Of a stretch of DNA of 64,000 nt, positions 49,242-58,456 are shown one piece after another (positions within the stretch are counted from its first letter, which is position 1; the number at the start of each line of letters is the position of its first letter). The stretch lies in the NCBI GenBank assembly GCA_963759765.1, contig CAVXAL010000003.1, forward strand, positions 871,804 through 935,803, read 5' to 3'. The DNA is from Candidatus Aminicenantes bacterium. Lineage in GTDB: Bacteria > Acidobacteriota > Aminicenantia > UBA2199. Position numbers and translations under genes: made by a program. The notes under the pieces are model-generated. The model was not told the DNA's origin. It worked only from the letters and a program-made list of their open reading frames with translations, and ran no database searches.

Positions 49242-50870
49242 ATGCCTCTGTTTGATGTGATATTCGTTCTCCCGTATCCCTTCGCCGATCACCCATCTTT
49301 TCCCGAGGGGATTCTCAAGAGAGCCTTGGAAACAGCCGGGTTTTCGGTCGGAGTAATCGAAACTCCTTTCTGGCAGAGCAAAGAAGCGTTCTCCGCTCTG
49401 GGCCGACCGCGGCTCTTTTTTGCCGTCATTTCCGGCCCGGTTGATTCCGTTGTTTTGAATTACACCTCCTTGCGCAAGCGCAGGCGCGAGGATCTCTACC
49501 AGTTCGGCGGCCGGGCGTTCTTTCCCGACCAGCCGGCTTCGATCAAGTACAAGATCCGTCCGGACCGGACATTGATCGTTTTTTCCAACCGGCTGCGCGA
49601 GGCCTTCAGGGATGTGCCCATCGTCATCGGCGGCGTGGAAGGGACGCTGCGCCGCTTCACCCATTTCGATTTTCAGGAGCAGAAAATCCGCCGGTCGATT
49701 CTGCTCGATTCTCGGGCCGATCTGCTGGTCTGCGGCCCGGGCGAAAAGCAGCTCGTGCGCATCGCCCGGATACTGCAAGCGGGGACGCCAATTGAACAAA
49801 TTATTATCCCCGGCACGGCTCGAGCGGTCAGCGATATTCCCGAGCCAGAACAAACAGCGCTGCTTCCAGCCGCTGAAGAGATTCAGAAAGAACCCGCGAA
49901 ATTGCTGGAAGCGGTTCTGGCGCTCGAAAGGCTGGGCGGGATGGGGAAAAAGATTGCCCAGCGCAGCGGCGACCGATTGGTGCTGGAGCAGCCCGCGGAA
50001 ATTTATACCAGCGAGGATCTCGATTTTATCTATGATCTTGATTTCAGCCGTTCGCATCTCCAGGCCCGGGGGTGCTCGCCGGCTTTGCAGATGAACCTCT
50101 TCTCGATCACCGCGCACCGCGGCTGCGGCGGGGCCTGCGCCTTTTGCTCGATCACGCAGCACGAGGGCAGACGGGTGGTCTCCCGCTCGCTGGATTCCGT
50201 GTTACGCGAGGTGCGGGCGCTTTCCCGCCACCCGTTGTGGAAAGGAGTCGTTTCTGACATGGGCGGCGCCAGCGCCGAGATGTACGGCAGCGACTGCCTT
50301 TCCGCTTCCTGCAGCCGCGTCTCCTGCGTGTACCCGGAGTCCTGCGGCCAGTTCCGAGCCGGCGAACCGTATCTGCGGCTGCTGCACGCCAGCCGCAGCC
50401 AACCGGGCGTGAAGAAAGTCTTCATCGGATCGGGTGTGCGCCACGACCTGGTGCTGCAAAACCCCGAGCTGCTCGAGGAGATTCTCCTGCACCATGCCGG
50501 CCGTTTTCTGCGCATCGCGCCCGAACACACCGAGGAGCATGTGCTGCGGCTGATGCGCAAGCCTTCCTTCAAGGTGTTGGAGGAGTTCGTTCGCTTGTTC
50601 CGTCAGATCAACAGCAAAATGCGGCGGCCGGTTGAACTGCTGCCCTACCTGATCATTGGCCATCCCGGTGAAACATTTGCCGATGTCCGGGAAATGAGGA
50701 AGAAACTGAAGGCGCTGGGTCTGAAGACCAGCGGCACCCAGATTTTCACCCCTTCGCCGGGAACGCTCTCCACGGCCATGTTCCATGCCGGGATCTCTCC
50801 GTCCGGAGAGACGCTGGCGGTTGCCCGCGATGTACGCGAACTGCAGCGGCGAAAAGATTATCTGGCCTAA
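49242..50870 (+). CDS. ygiQ: YgiQ-family (UPF0313) radical SAM protein
   Basis: The ORF is 542 aa. The N-terminus reads PYPFADHPSFPEGILKRALETAGFSVGVI. The cluster is ITAHRGCGGACAFCSITQHEG, followed by GGASAEMYG. Confidence 0.8.
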   Translation: MPLFDVIFVLPYPFADHPSFPEGILKRALETAGFSVGVIETPFWQSKEAFSALGRPRLFFAVISGPVDSVVLNYTSLRKRRREDLYQFGGRAFFPDQPASIKYKIRPDRTLIVFSNRLREAFRDVPIVIGGVEGTLRRFTHFDFQEQKIRRSILLDSRADLLVCGPGEKQLVRIARILQAGTPIEQIIIPGTARAVSDIPEPEQTALLPAAEEIQKEPAKLLEAVLALERLGGMGKKIAQRSGDRLVLEQPAEIYTSEDLDFIYDLDFSRSHLQARGCSPALQMNLFSITAHRGCGGACAFCSITQHEGRRVVSRSLDSVLREVRALSRHPLWKGVVSDMGGASAEMYGSDCLSASCSRVSCVYPESCGQFRAGEPYLRLLHASRSQPGVKKVFIGSGVRHDLVLQNPELLEEILLHHAGRFLRIAPEHTEEHVLRLMRKPSFKVLEEFVRLFRQINSKMRRPVELLPYLIIGHPGETFADVREMRKKLKALGLKTSGTQIFTPSPGTLSTAMFHAGISPSGETLAVARDVRELQRRKDYLA

Positions 50871-50884
50871 GTCGTGAATCAAGA

Positions 50885-50913
50885 TTGTAACCGAGCCGGA
50901 AATTTGTTATATT
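50885..50913 (+). promoter_or_regulatory. candidate promoter TTGTAA-N17-TATATT
   Basis: TTGTAA is at 50885-50890 and TATATT at 50908-50913. It is followed by AAGGAG and ATG 50932. Confidence 0.4.
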
Positions 50914-50931
50914 CAAAAGAAAGGAGTAAAG

Positions 50932-51594
50932 ATGAACAAAATAATCACTTTGATTATGTGTTTGGGTCTGCTGGCGCCAACGGTTTCGGCCAAGGGGGAT
51001 GTTCTCAATGGCGAGACCATTCAAAAGCTGAAAGAAAAATACGCCGTCAACAAATTTTTCAAGATCAAGATGCCCGGGCTTCTTTCCTTTGTTTCTCCAA
51101 AAGGGTCAGTGAAATCCGTGTATTACTCGATGACGGTTGACCTGGATTGCAGGTGGGGAACAAGGAAATGGACGCCTCACCAATGGAAAAACACGGTTTT
51201 TGAAGTGGGCGAAGAGGTCTTTGTCAGCCAAGAGGTTGATGCCAGCGGCAAGAGCGTGGAAATTTTCATCACCTCCACCAAGGCCCATTCAGCAGGCAAG
51301 GCGACTGCTGTTCCCTGCACCACCGCCATGTATTTTGAAGTGGTCCCCACAGACACCTTTGATACCGTGCTGGCGCGGATTTCCAAATTTGTTGATGATC
51401 GCGATGGTGTCGCAGCTGCCGCCAACGCCTCCACCAAGAGCCTGAAAATCGGCATGACGGTCGAAGAAGTCGTTCAAGCGCTCGGCGACCCCAAAATGAA
51501 GGCCGATATGGGCGGCGGTAAAATCGTTTACAAGTATGCCGACATGGTCATCACTTTTCAGGACGGGAAAGTCAGCAATATCGAATTCAAATAA
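50932..51594 (+). CDS. secreted hypothetical protein with a BamE/SmpA-like C-terminal segment
   Basis: The ORF is 220 aa with a signal peptide (MNKIITLIMCLGLLAPTVSA). The C-terminal IGMTVEEVVQALGDPKMK...VYKY...ITFQDGKVSNIEF resembles the SmpA/OmlA fold pattern. This call is weak. Confidence 0.45.
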   Translation: MNKIITLIMCLGLLAPTVSAKGDVLNGETIQKLKEKYAVNKFFKIKMPGLLSFVSPKGSVKSVYYSMTVDLDCRWGTRKWTPHQWKNTVFEVGEEVFVSQEVDASGKSVEIFITSTKAHSAGKATAVPCTTAMYFEVVPTDTFDTVLARISKFVDDRDGVAAAANASTKSLKIGMTVEEVVQALGDPKMKADMGGGKIVYKYADMVITFQDGKVSNIEFK

Positions 51595-51616
51595 ATTAAT
51601 CCAATAGAATAAAAAG

Positions 51617-54046
51617 ATGAGAAGTGGCAGCGGCGTGTGCACGCGCACGCTGGCCGGTCTTTTTTTCGTCACCCTGGCCACTCTGATGTACGAGATCCTG
51701 CTGACCCGCATCTTCAGCGTGACCATGTGGTACCACTTCGCTTTCATGGCTATCTCCATCACCATGTTCGGCATGACGCTGGGGGCGCTGATCGTCTACC
51801 TGGTTCCGGCCTGGTTTTCCCGCGCCAGGATCCACGACCAACTGACCCTGAGCGCCTTGCTGTTTTCGCTTTTCATTGTGATTTCCTGTCTCATCCATCT
51901 GAACGTGCCGTTCAATCCCCGCTGGACGCCGGCAGGAATCGGTTCCATGGCTCTGACCTACGCGGCCATTTCGCTGCCTTTTATCTTCAGCGGCATCGCT
52001 GTTTCCCTGGCCCTGAGCCGTTTCCCTGCCGACGTCGGCCGCCTGTATGCGGCTGATCTGGTCGGCGCGGCTGCCGGGTGCCTGCTGCTGCGCTACATCC
52101 TGGAGATCATGGATGGGCCTGGCGCGGTGCTGGCCGTGGCCGCGCTGGCCGCTCTGGGCGCGTTGTTCTTTGCCGGTCGGGAGGTTGGCGGCAAGGTTCG
52201 CTCACTGGCTTTGACCGCCTGTCTGGCTTTTGTGCTTTTGACCGGTATCAATATATTCCTGTTCCAGCAGCAACACCCCCTGCTGCGGGTCAAATGGGTC
52301 AAGGACAGACCGGAGATGCGGCTGATTTACGAAAAATGGAGTTCGTTCGCCCGGGTGGCCATTCGCCACGATCGCTTGCAGCAGCCGATCGGCTGGGGAA
52401 TGAGCGACATCTGGATTCCCCGGCAGAACGTCGACCAACTTTACATGGACATTGACGCCGCGGCGTCCACGGTGCTCACCTCGTTCAACGGCAACCTGCG
52501 GGAGCGCGAATACCTGAGGTACGACATCACCAACCTGGCTCATTACCTGCGGCCCCGATCCGACGTGCTGGTCATCGGCACCGGAGGCGGCCGCGACATC
52601 CTCTCCGCCCTGGTGTTTGACCAGAAATCGGTCACCGGCATTGAAATCAACGGCGACATCCTGCACGCGGTCAACCGCACTTTTGGTGATTTCACCGGCC
52701 ACCTCGACCGAGATCCGCGGGTGACGTTCATTCGCGACGAGGCGCGTTCCTATGTTTCAAGGCTGAAGACGCGCTTCGACATTATCCAGGTGTCGCTGAT
52801 CGACACCTGGGCCGCGACCGCGGCCGGGGCTTTCGTGCTGGCGGAGAATTCCCTGTACACGCTGGAAGCCTGGGAAAACTTCCTGCGCCATCTCCGCTCC
52901 GACGGCATTCTGACCTTCTCCCGCTGGTACAACGGCGGTCTGCCCGCGGAGATGTATCGGCTGACCTCGCTGGCTGCCGGGGCCTTGCGCCGGCTGGGGA
53001 ACACGGAGCCCGAGCGCCATATCCTCATCGCCCGTCACATGCTGCCCAAATATGACCGGCGCCTGGGAATCGGGACCATGCTGGTCAGCGCGTCGCCCTT
53101 TTCCGACCGGGATATTGACGAATGGCAGCGGGTCTGCGACCGCCTCCATTTTGAGATGGTTCTCAGCCCCCGTTCGGCCGCGGATGCCAATTTCGCGACA
53201 ATAGCCTCGGGCCGGGATTTGCAGGCATTCACCGCTGCCTTTCCCCTCAACATCTCGCCGCCCACAGACGACAACCCCTTCTTTTTCAACATGCTGCGGC
53301 TGCGCGACGCCATCAAGCCGCGGCTCTGGCAAAAGGAACTGGACCTGAGTTTCAACTTGCGGGCAGTGGCCGTTCTGGGCATCCTGCTGACCATCGTGCT
53401 GCTGCTGACGCTCCTGTGCATTGCGGTGCCGCTCGGCTTGACGGTGCGGCGCACGCCGCTGCGGGGGACCTGGCCCGATTTCCTCTATTTCGCCTCCATA
53501 GGCTTCGGCTTCATGCTGGTGGAAATTTCCCAGATGCAGCGCCTGAACGTGTTTCTCGGTCATCCCAACTACGGCCTGTCTGTGGTCCTTTTTTCTTTGT
53601 TGCTGGCCAGCGGTATCGGCAGCTTTCTGACTGCGAAGCTCAAATGGCTGGCCGCCAACACCCGCAACGTCTGGCCGCTGGTGCTGCTGCTGGGTCTGCT
53701 GCTGCTGTTCGGGAAATTGACGCCACTGGTCACTTCGTCACTTGCCGGAGCCTCCACCCCGCTGCGGATCGCTGTGGCTGTGGGCTTGTTGTTCCCCCTG
53801 GGTATTTTCATGGGCATGGCCTTTCCCCTGGGCCTGCGCTGGGTGGCCGACCGGGCGCACGCCTTGACGCCCTGGCTCTGGGGAATCAACGGCGCGACTT
53901 CCGTTTTCGCATCGGTGCTGGCCACTGCCATTGCCCTCAGTTCCGGTATTGCCGCCTCCTTCTGGACCGGTTTTGTATTTTACGGCTTGGCGTTATTGGC
54001 TTATACCTTGAGCCCTTTAACTTCAGCATATGAAAACGTTTTGTAA
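51617..54046 (+). CDS. fused polytopic membrane / spermidine-synthase-like (class I methyltransferase-fold) protein
   Basis: The ORF is 809 aa. About 7 N-terminal TM helices are followed by a soluble domain with VLVIGTGGGRDILSALVF...VTGIEINGDI...DIIQVSLIDTWAATAAGAF, which is an aminopropyltransferase-like fold. About 6 more TM helices follow. Confidence 0.65.
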   Translation: MRSGSGVCTRTLAGLFFVTLATLMYEILLTRIFSVTMWYHFAFMAISITMFGMTLGALIVYLVPAWFSRARIHDQLTLSALLFSLFIVISCLIHLNVPFNPRWTPAGIGSMALTYAAISLPFIFSGIAVSLALSRFPADVGRLYAADLVGAAAGCLLLRYILEIMDGPGAVLAVAALAALGALFFAGREVGGKVRSLALTACLAFVLLTGINIFLFQQQHPLLRVKWVKDRPEMRLIYEKWSSFARVAIRHDRLQQPIGWGMSDIWIPRQNVDQLYMDIDAAASTVLTSFNGNLREREYLRYDITNLAHYLRPRSDVLVIGTGGGRDILSALVFDQKSVTGIEINGDILHAVNRTFGDFTGHLDRDPRVTFIRDEARSYVSRLKTRFDIIQVSLIDTWAATAAGAFVLAENSLYTLEAWENFLRHLRSDGILTFSRWYNGGLPAEMYRLTSLAAGALRRLGNTEPERHILIARHMLPKYDRRLGIGTMLVSASPFSDRDIDEWQRVCDRLHFEMVLSPRSAADANFATIASGRDLQAFTAAFPLNISPPTDDNPFFFNMLRLRDAIKPRLWQKELDLSFNLRAVAVLGILLTIVLLLTLLCIAVPLGLTVRRTPLRGTWPDFLYFASIGFGFMLVEISQMQRLNVFLGHPNYGLSVVLFSLLLASGIGSFLTAKLKWLAANTRNVWPLVLLLGLLLLFGKLTPLVTSSLAGASTPLRIAVAVGLLFPLGIFMGMAFPLGLRWVADRAHALTPWLWGINGATSVFASVLATAIALSSGIAASFWTGFVFYGLALLAYTLSPLTSAYENVL

Positions 54047-54178
54047 TTTTTTTAGATAGGGTTCAGGCCAGTCATTAAACTATATAATTGTCTGCTTTTG
54101 AAAATATCTCTTAACTTCCATGCCTCGGTTTACGCATTTGAAAATGAAAAATTCAAGAACCGTCCTCTTTTAGGTTGC

Positions 54179-55522
54179 TTATCGTTGTATGGATCGAATG
54201 CGCGCCGCCCGGGCCTCCAGTGATTCGGCGTCCTTGATACGGCCGGTTTTTCGAAAGAGTTTTGCCATGTTCTCAAGGCTCGCGGCCACAAAGGGATGAT
54301 CCGGGCCGAGGACCTTCTCATAGATCGCCAGCGAGCGTTTGTAGAGCGGCTCGGCCTGCGCGTACTTGCCTTGGGCGCGATATAGTTCTGCGAGATTGTT
54401 TAGGCTGGTGGCCACTAAGGGATGATCCGGGCCGAGGGTTCTCTCATATATTGCCAGCGAATGCTTGAAGAGTGGTTCAGCCCATATGTACTGGCCTTGG
54501 TCGCATTGCAGTTCCGCGAGATAGTTCAGGCTCGCGGCCACATCAGGATGATCCGGACCGAGGGATTTCTCCCTAATTGCCAGCGAACGCTTGAAGAGCG
54601 GCTCAGCCTGTTCGTATTTGCCTTGGACGTGATACAGTTCTGCGAGATTGTTAAGGGTCGTGGCCACATCGGGATGCTCAGGGCCGAAGGCCTTTTCATT
54701 AATCGCCAGAGAGCGTTTGTAGAGCGGCTCGGCCTGTTCATACTTGCCTTGGACGCGATACAGCTCTGCAAGATTGTTCAAGCTCATCGCGACATTGGGA
54801 TGATCAAGGCCGAAAGCCTTTTCATTGATCGCCAGCGATCGCTTGAAGAGCGGCTCAGCACATGCATACTGGCCTTGGGCTTGATATAGTGATGCGAGGT
54901 TGTTCAGGATCTGGGCCACATCAGGATGATCCGGACCGAGGGCCTTTTCCAAGATCGTCAACGAACGCTTGTAGAGCGGCTCGGCCTGCGCGTACTTACC
55001 TTGGGAATCGTACAGTTCCCCGAGGTTGCCCAAGCTCGCGGCCACATTGGGATGATCCGGGCCGCGGGCCTTCTCCAAGATCGCCAGAGAGCGCTTATAG
55101 AGTGGCTCGGCCTGTTCGTACTTGCCTTGAGCGCGATTCAGTAACCCGAGATTGTTCAGACTCTGGGCCACATCAGGATGATCCGGCCCGAGGGCTTTCT
55201 CCCTAATCGCCAGCGAGCGCTTGTAGAGCGGCTCGGCCTGCGCGTATTGACCTTGGGCACGATACAGTTCCGCGAGGCTGTTCAGGCTCGTGGCTACATT
55301 GTGATGATCCGGGCCAAATGCCTTCTCTGCCACCTCGAGTGCCTTCTTCGCAACGACCACTGCACGGTCATATTTACCAGCGCGAAAAAGATCCGTAACT
55401 TCCTTATTCAACTTTTCCCATTCAATGCCTTGTGAGCACACAGGGGCTAAAAATAGCAACAGCACAGCAGCCCTCCCAATTGCCCTGATTAAATTCATCA
55501 TGTTCCCGTCTCCTATATGCAC
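54179..55522 (-). CDS. secreted TPR protein with ~9 tandem 42-residue (TPR_12 / kinesin-light-chain-type) repeats
   Basis: The ORF is 447 aa with a signal-like N-terminus (MMNLIRAIGRAAVLLLFLAPVCS). The repeated unit is SLNNLAELYRAQGKYAQAEPLYKRSLAIxEKALGPDHPDVA. Confidence 0.85.
   Translation of the reverse strand: MHIGDGNMMNLIRAIGRAAVLLLFLAPVCSQGIEWEKLNKEVTDLFRAGKYDRAVVVAKKALEVAEKAFGPDHHNVATSLNSLAELYRAQGQYAQAEPLYKRSLAIREKALGPDHPDVAQSLNNLGLLNRAQGKYEQAEPLYKRSLAILEKARGPDHPNVAASLGNLGELYDSQGKYAQAEPLYKRSLTILEKALGPDHPDVAQILNNLASLYQAQGQYACAEPLFKRSLAINEKAFGLDHPNVAMSLNNLAELYRVQGKYEQAEPLYKRSLAINEKAFGPEHPDVATTLNNLAELYHVQGKYEQAEPLFKRSLAIREKSLGPDHPDVAASLNYLAELQCDQGQYIWAEPLFKHSLAIYERTLGPDHPLVATSLNNLAELYRAQGKYAQAEPLYKRSLAIYEKVLGPDHPFVAASLENMAKLFRKTGRIKDAESLEARAARIRSIQR
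54230..55400 (-). repeat. imperfect 126-bp tandem coding repeats (TPR units)
   Basis: The 42-aa periodicity is visible in the protein (AEPL[YF]K[RH]SLAI occurs 8 times) and in the DNA. Boundaries are approximate. Confidence 0.7.
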
Positions 55523-55747
55523 CTAATATTCTTTAGTACTGTTGAAAAATCGGCTGGAGTGAAAAGCTCACTTGATGAGTAATGCGCAGCAGCTTCAACC
55601 ATGCTTCCACCGCTGGCACAACCTTCCATCTCTTTCCTATCTCCACCCTATAGCTTCTTCTAATGATATTTTCTTAGCATACCCGGGAACAAATTTCAAA
55701 TTTTGATTAGAGTGAACATAGACAAAACGTTCCTCCCAAGGCAGTAC

Positions 55748-55777
55748 TTGACACGACGATCCCGCTGCGCCTACTAT
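55748..55777 (+). promoter_or_regulatory. candidate promoter TTGACA-N18-TACTAT
   Basis: TTGACA is at 55748-55753 and TACTAT at 55772-55777. A GGGGTGGAG SD-like stretch lies before ATG 55801. Confidence 0.4.
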
Positions 55778-55800
55778 TTAAGTAGGGGTGGAGATGAAAA

Positions 55801-56325
55801 ATGAGTATTAAGGACTTTTTTTCGTTTAAAAAGAAGCTGACAATTGACACCACCGCCCCAAAAGAACTCCAAGGATTATCATTATTCTCGCAGGAAAACA
55901 TGGGAAAAGCATTTGAATTGACCACGCAAAAACTTCAAGAACTTCTAAATTTAAAGGATGTGCCTGGTCGCAAAGAAATTGTTGATCGCTTCCATATAAC
56001 AAATCAGGAATTCAATGTACTTTATGCTAGTTATTACGGGTCGCTCTTTGCCGATCATGGCACAGAGGGTGGGTGGAATGAAGATTGTGATGATTTCGCT
56101 CGGGAAATCGGCGCCCTCTCCGACGCAGAAATCGAAAATGCAAAAAAAAATCTTCATTTAGCTATATTGAATCGGATAAAGTTGCGTTTTATAAGTTCGG
56201 ATAAATATGCAAAAGCTGCGCGCTTTCCTCAGCGCCTCGAACGGGGTGCTAAGCCCTTTCAGGCACTTATGAGTCAAATCCCACTTTTTCGGAGCGAGGA
56301 TGCGGTTCCAGTCGATGCTCGGTGA
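55801..56325 (+). CDS. hypothetical protein (174 aa)
   Basis: The ORF is intact, sits in a lower-GC patch, and has no recognisable motif. It overlaps the next ORF by 26 nt. A T5 run at 56285-56289 could alternatively fuse the two ORFs. Confidence 0.5.
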   Translation: MSIKDFFSFKKKLTIDTTAPKELQGLSLFSQENMGKAFELTTQKLQELLNLKDVPGRKEIVDRFHITNQEFNVLYASYYGSLFADHGTEGGWNEDCDDFAREIGALSDAEIENAKKNLHLAILNRIKLRFISSDKYAKAARFPQRLERGAKPFQALMSQIPLFRSEDAVPVDAR

Positions 56326-56809
56326 ACTGGCTTACACTGGTCTCGAGATTTACGATGATCCGGGTCTGGGCATTAGTCTCCGCTACGAGCGCGGCATTAC
56401 CAAGGCCACCGTGTATCTTTACGACCTCGGTTTGGAACACATCCCCGACGACATTCGCTCCGAGACAGTGACCCAGTTTTTCCAGCAGGCATGCAGCGAC
56501 GTCTTTGTCTCTGCAGATTGTGGCAGTTATCTCGACCTTAAGACGCGCGCCTCGCAGTATCTTCACCTCCCAGCCGATTCGCTCGTCCCGATGTATCTAT
56601 GGGCGGCATTTTATTACCGTCAGGCACCTGGCCCCGGTGTTGACTACTTGGGTTTTCGATTCTCCCACGTTTTGCTTCGAACGGACGGTGGCTACATTAA
56701 TAAGGTTCGCTACACATATCCCGCGCACCCCACGCACACAGCCACTGATGCCGAACGGGGCATGATGCACTTTTTACTCGACTGGTATAACGCAATCCCT
56801 AAGGACTAA
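56300..56809 (+). CDS. hypothetical protein (169 aa)
   Basis: The ORF is intact, with GGAG 5 nt upstream of the ATG. It has no recognisable motif. It may be the C-terminal part of a single ~336-aa protein. Confidence 0.5.
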   Translation: MRFQSMLGELAYTGLEIYDDPGLGISLRYERGITKATVYLYDLGLEHIPDDIRSETVTQFFQQACSDVFVSADCGSYLDLKTRASQYLHLPADSLVPMYLWAAFYYRQAPGPGVDYLGFRFSHVLLRTDGGYINKVRYTYPAHPTHTATDAERGMMHFLLDWYNAIPKD

Positions 56810-56906
56810 CATGTGCGTGCAGCTTATTAACTTATCGCTCGCTGCTGATGCAAGGCGCTTCAGCCGATGTCTAATGCGCCTTCTCCGTCCGTTTGTGCGA
56901 TATTCT

Positions 56907-58274
56907 CTACTTACAATGTTCTTTTATTAAATCGTATGCCTGAGTAGATCCAAGTTCACCAGCTTTTCTTAAATCAAGACATCCGCCGTCTTTGTCTCCA
57001 AGTGCAATCTTTAAAAGCCCTCTTCCAATATATGCCTTTGCATCTTTCGGGTTTAACTCAATGACCTTTGTAAAATCATCTATAGCACCACGATAGTCTT
57101 CAAGTTTATCTTTTGCAATCCCTCTATAAAAATATGCACTCGCCTCTTTCGGATTTAGCTCGGTGGCCTTCGTTAAATCAGCTATGGCTCCGTGATAATC
57201 TTTAAGGTCGTCTTTTGCAATCCCTCTATAAAAATATGCACTCGCCTCTTTCGGATTTAGCTCGGTGGCCTTCGTTAAATCAGCTATGGCTCCGTGATAA
57301 TCTTTAAGGTCGTCTTTTGCAATCCCTCTATTATAATAGGCATCTGTATATTTCGGATCTAACTCGATAGACTTTGTAAAATCATCAATGGCTCCTTTAT
57401 AGTCTGCAAGTTTAGCTTTTAAAACTCCTCTTTGATGATAAACCTCTGCATTTTTAGGCTCTAACTCGATGGCTTTTGTGCAATCCTGAATACCTCCGGT
57501 ATAGTCTTTAAGTTTACCCTTAGAAAATCCTCTATTATTAAATGCCATTGCATATTTCGGATTTAGCTCGGTTGCCTTCGTGAAATCGGCTATGGCTCCG
57601 AGATAGTCTTCAATTTTATACTTTGCATTTCCTCTGTTAAAATATGTCATTGCATTTTCCGGATTTAACTCGATGGCCTTCGTATAATCCTGGATGGCTC
57701 CATGATTGTCTTCAAGTTTATACTTTGCAAATCCTCTGAGAATAAATCCTTTTTCATTTTTCGGATCTAAATCAATGGCCTTTGTAAAATCCTCTATGGC
57801 TCTGAGATAGTCTTCAAGTTCACCTCTCGCATGCCCTCTATTATAATATGCATCTATATATTTTGGATCTAATTCTATGGCATTCGTGTAATCCTCTATG
57901 GCTCCGCGATAGTTTTGAATACTAACTTTTGCATCTCCTCTTTTAAAATATACTATGAAGCTACGTACTGCACATTCCGGATCTTCTAACTCGATAGCCT
58001 TCGTGTAATCCTCTATGGCTCCGAGATAATTCTTAAGTTCTTCTTTTGCAATCCCTCTATAAAAATATGCATCTGCAAATTTCGGATCTAACTTGATGGC
58101 TTTTGTAAAATCCTTTATGGCTCCATGATGGTCTTCAAGTTTATACTTTGCAAACCCTCTATCACAATATGCCTTTGCATCTTTCGGCTTAGCGGCTTTC
58201 ATATAGCTCGAAAAAAACAATGACAAAATAACTAACAAGATAACATAACGATTTTTTTCTTTTTTTGATGGCAT
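56907..58274 (-). CDS. TPR-repeat protein (classic 34-residue repeats), low GC, signal/anchor at the N-terminus
   Basis: The ORF is 455 aa. The N-terminus reads MPSKKEKNRYVILLVILSLFFSS. About 12 repeats follow the form AxAYxxRGxAKxxLxDYxGAIxDxTKAIELxPK. Confidence 0.85.
   Translation of the reverse strand: MPSKKEKNRYVILLVILSLFFSSYMKAAKPKDAKAYCDRGFAKYKLEDHHGAIKDFTKAIKLDPKFADAYFYRGIAKEELKNYLGAIEDYTKAIELEDPECAVRSFIVYFKRGDAKVSIQNYRGAIEDYTNAIELDPKYIDAYYNRGHARGELEDYLRAIEDFTKAIDLDPKNEKGFILRGFAKYKLEDNHGAIQDYTKAIELNPENAMTYFNRGNAKYKIEDYLGAIADFTKATELNPKYAMAFNNRGFSKGKLKDYTGGIQDCTKAIELEPKNAEVYHQRGVLKAKLADYKGAIDDFTKSIELDPKYTDAYYNRGIAKDDLKDYHGAIADLTKATELNPKEASAYFYRGIAKDDLKDYHGAIADLTKATELNPKEASAYFYRGIAKDKLEDYRGAIDDFTKVIELNPKDAKAYIGRGLLKIALGDKDGGCLDLRKAGELGSTQAYDLIKEHCK
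57109..57330. repeat. perfect 102-bp tandem duplication (2.2 copies) inside the TPR gene
   Basis: 57109-57210 is identical to 57211-57312, and the first 18 nt recur at 57313-57330. Each copy encodes exactly one 34-aa TPR unit (ELNPKEASAYFYRGIAKDDLKDYHGAIADLTKAT, twice). Confidence 0.9.
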
Positions 58275-58400
58275 TTGTCCCCCTCGAAAAGATATTACGA
58301 AGAATTTTATTAAATTTCAACTTCTCTTGCAACTGGTCCAAAAGAATTAAGTTTTTACCTCTTCATATAGTCGATCCTATCCGAGCTTGGCGCAGGAAAG

Positions 58401-58429
58401 TTGCATTTATAACCAAATTGGTATAAAAT
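58401..58429 (+). promoter_or_regulatory. candidate promoter of the hdr cluster (TTGCAT-N17-TAAAAT)
   Basis: TTGCAT is at 58401-58406 and TAAAAT at 58424-58429. AGGAG lies 6 nt before ATG 58457. Confidence 0.45.
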
Positions 58430-58456
58430 CCGTATTTCATTTTTCAGGAGACGCCG

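Noticed and set aside
54230-58200. The periodic DNA repeats in the two TPR genes could be CRISPR-like or other non-coding arrays.
   Set aside because: The periods (126 bp and 102 bp) equal 42- and 34-residue TPR units, lie inside long intact ORFs, and have no unique spacers. They are coding repeats.
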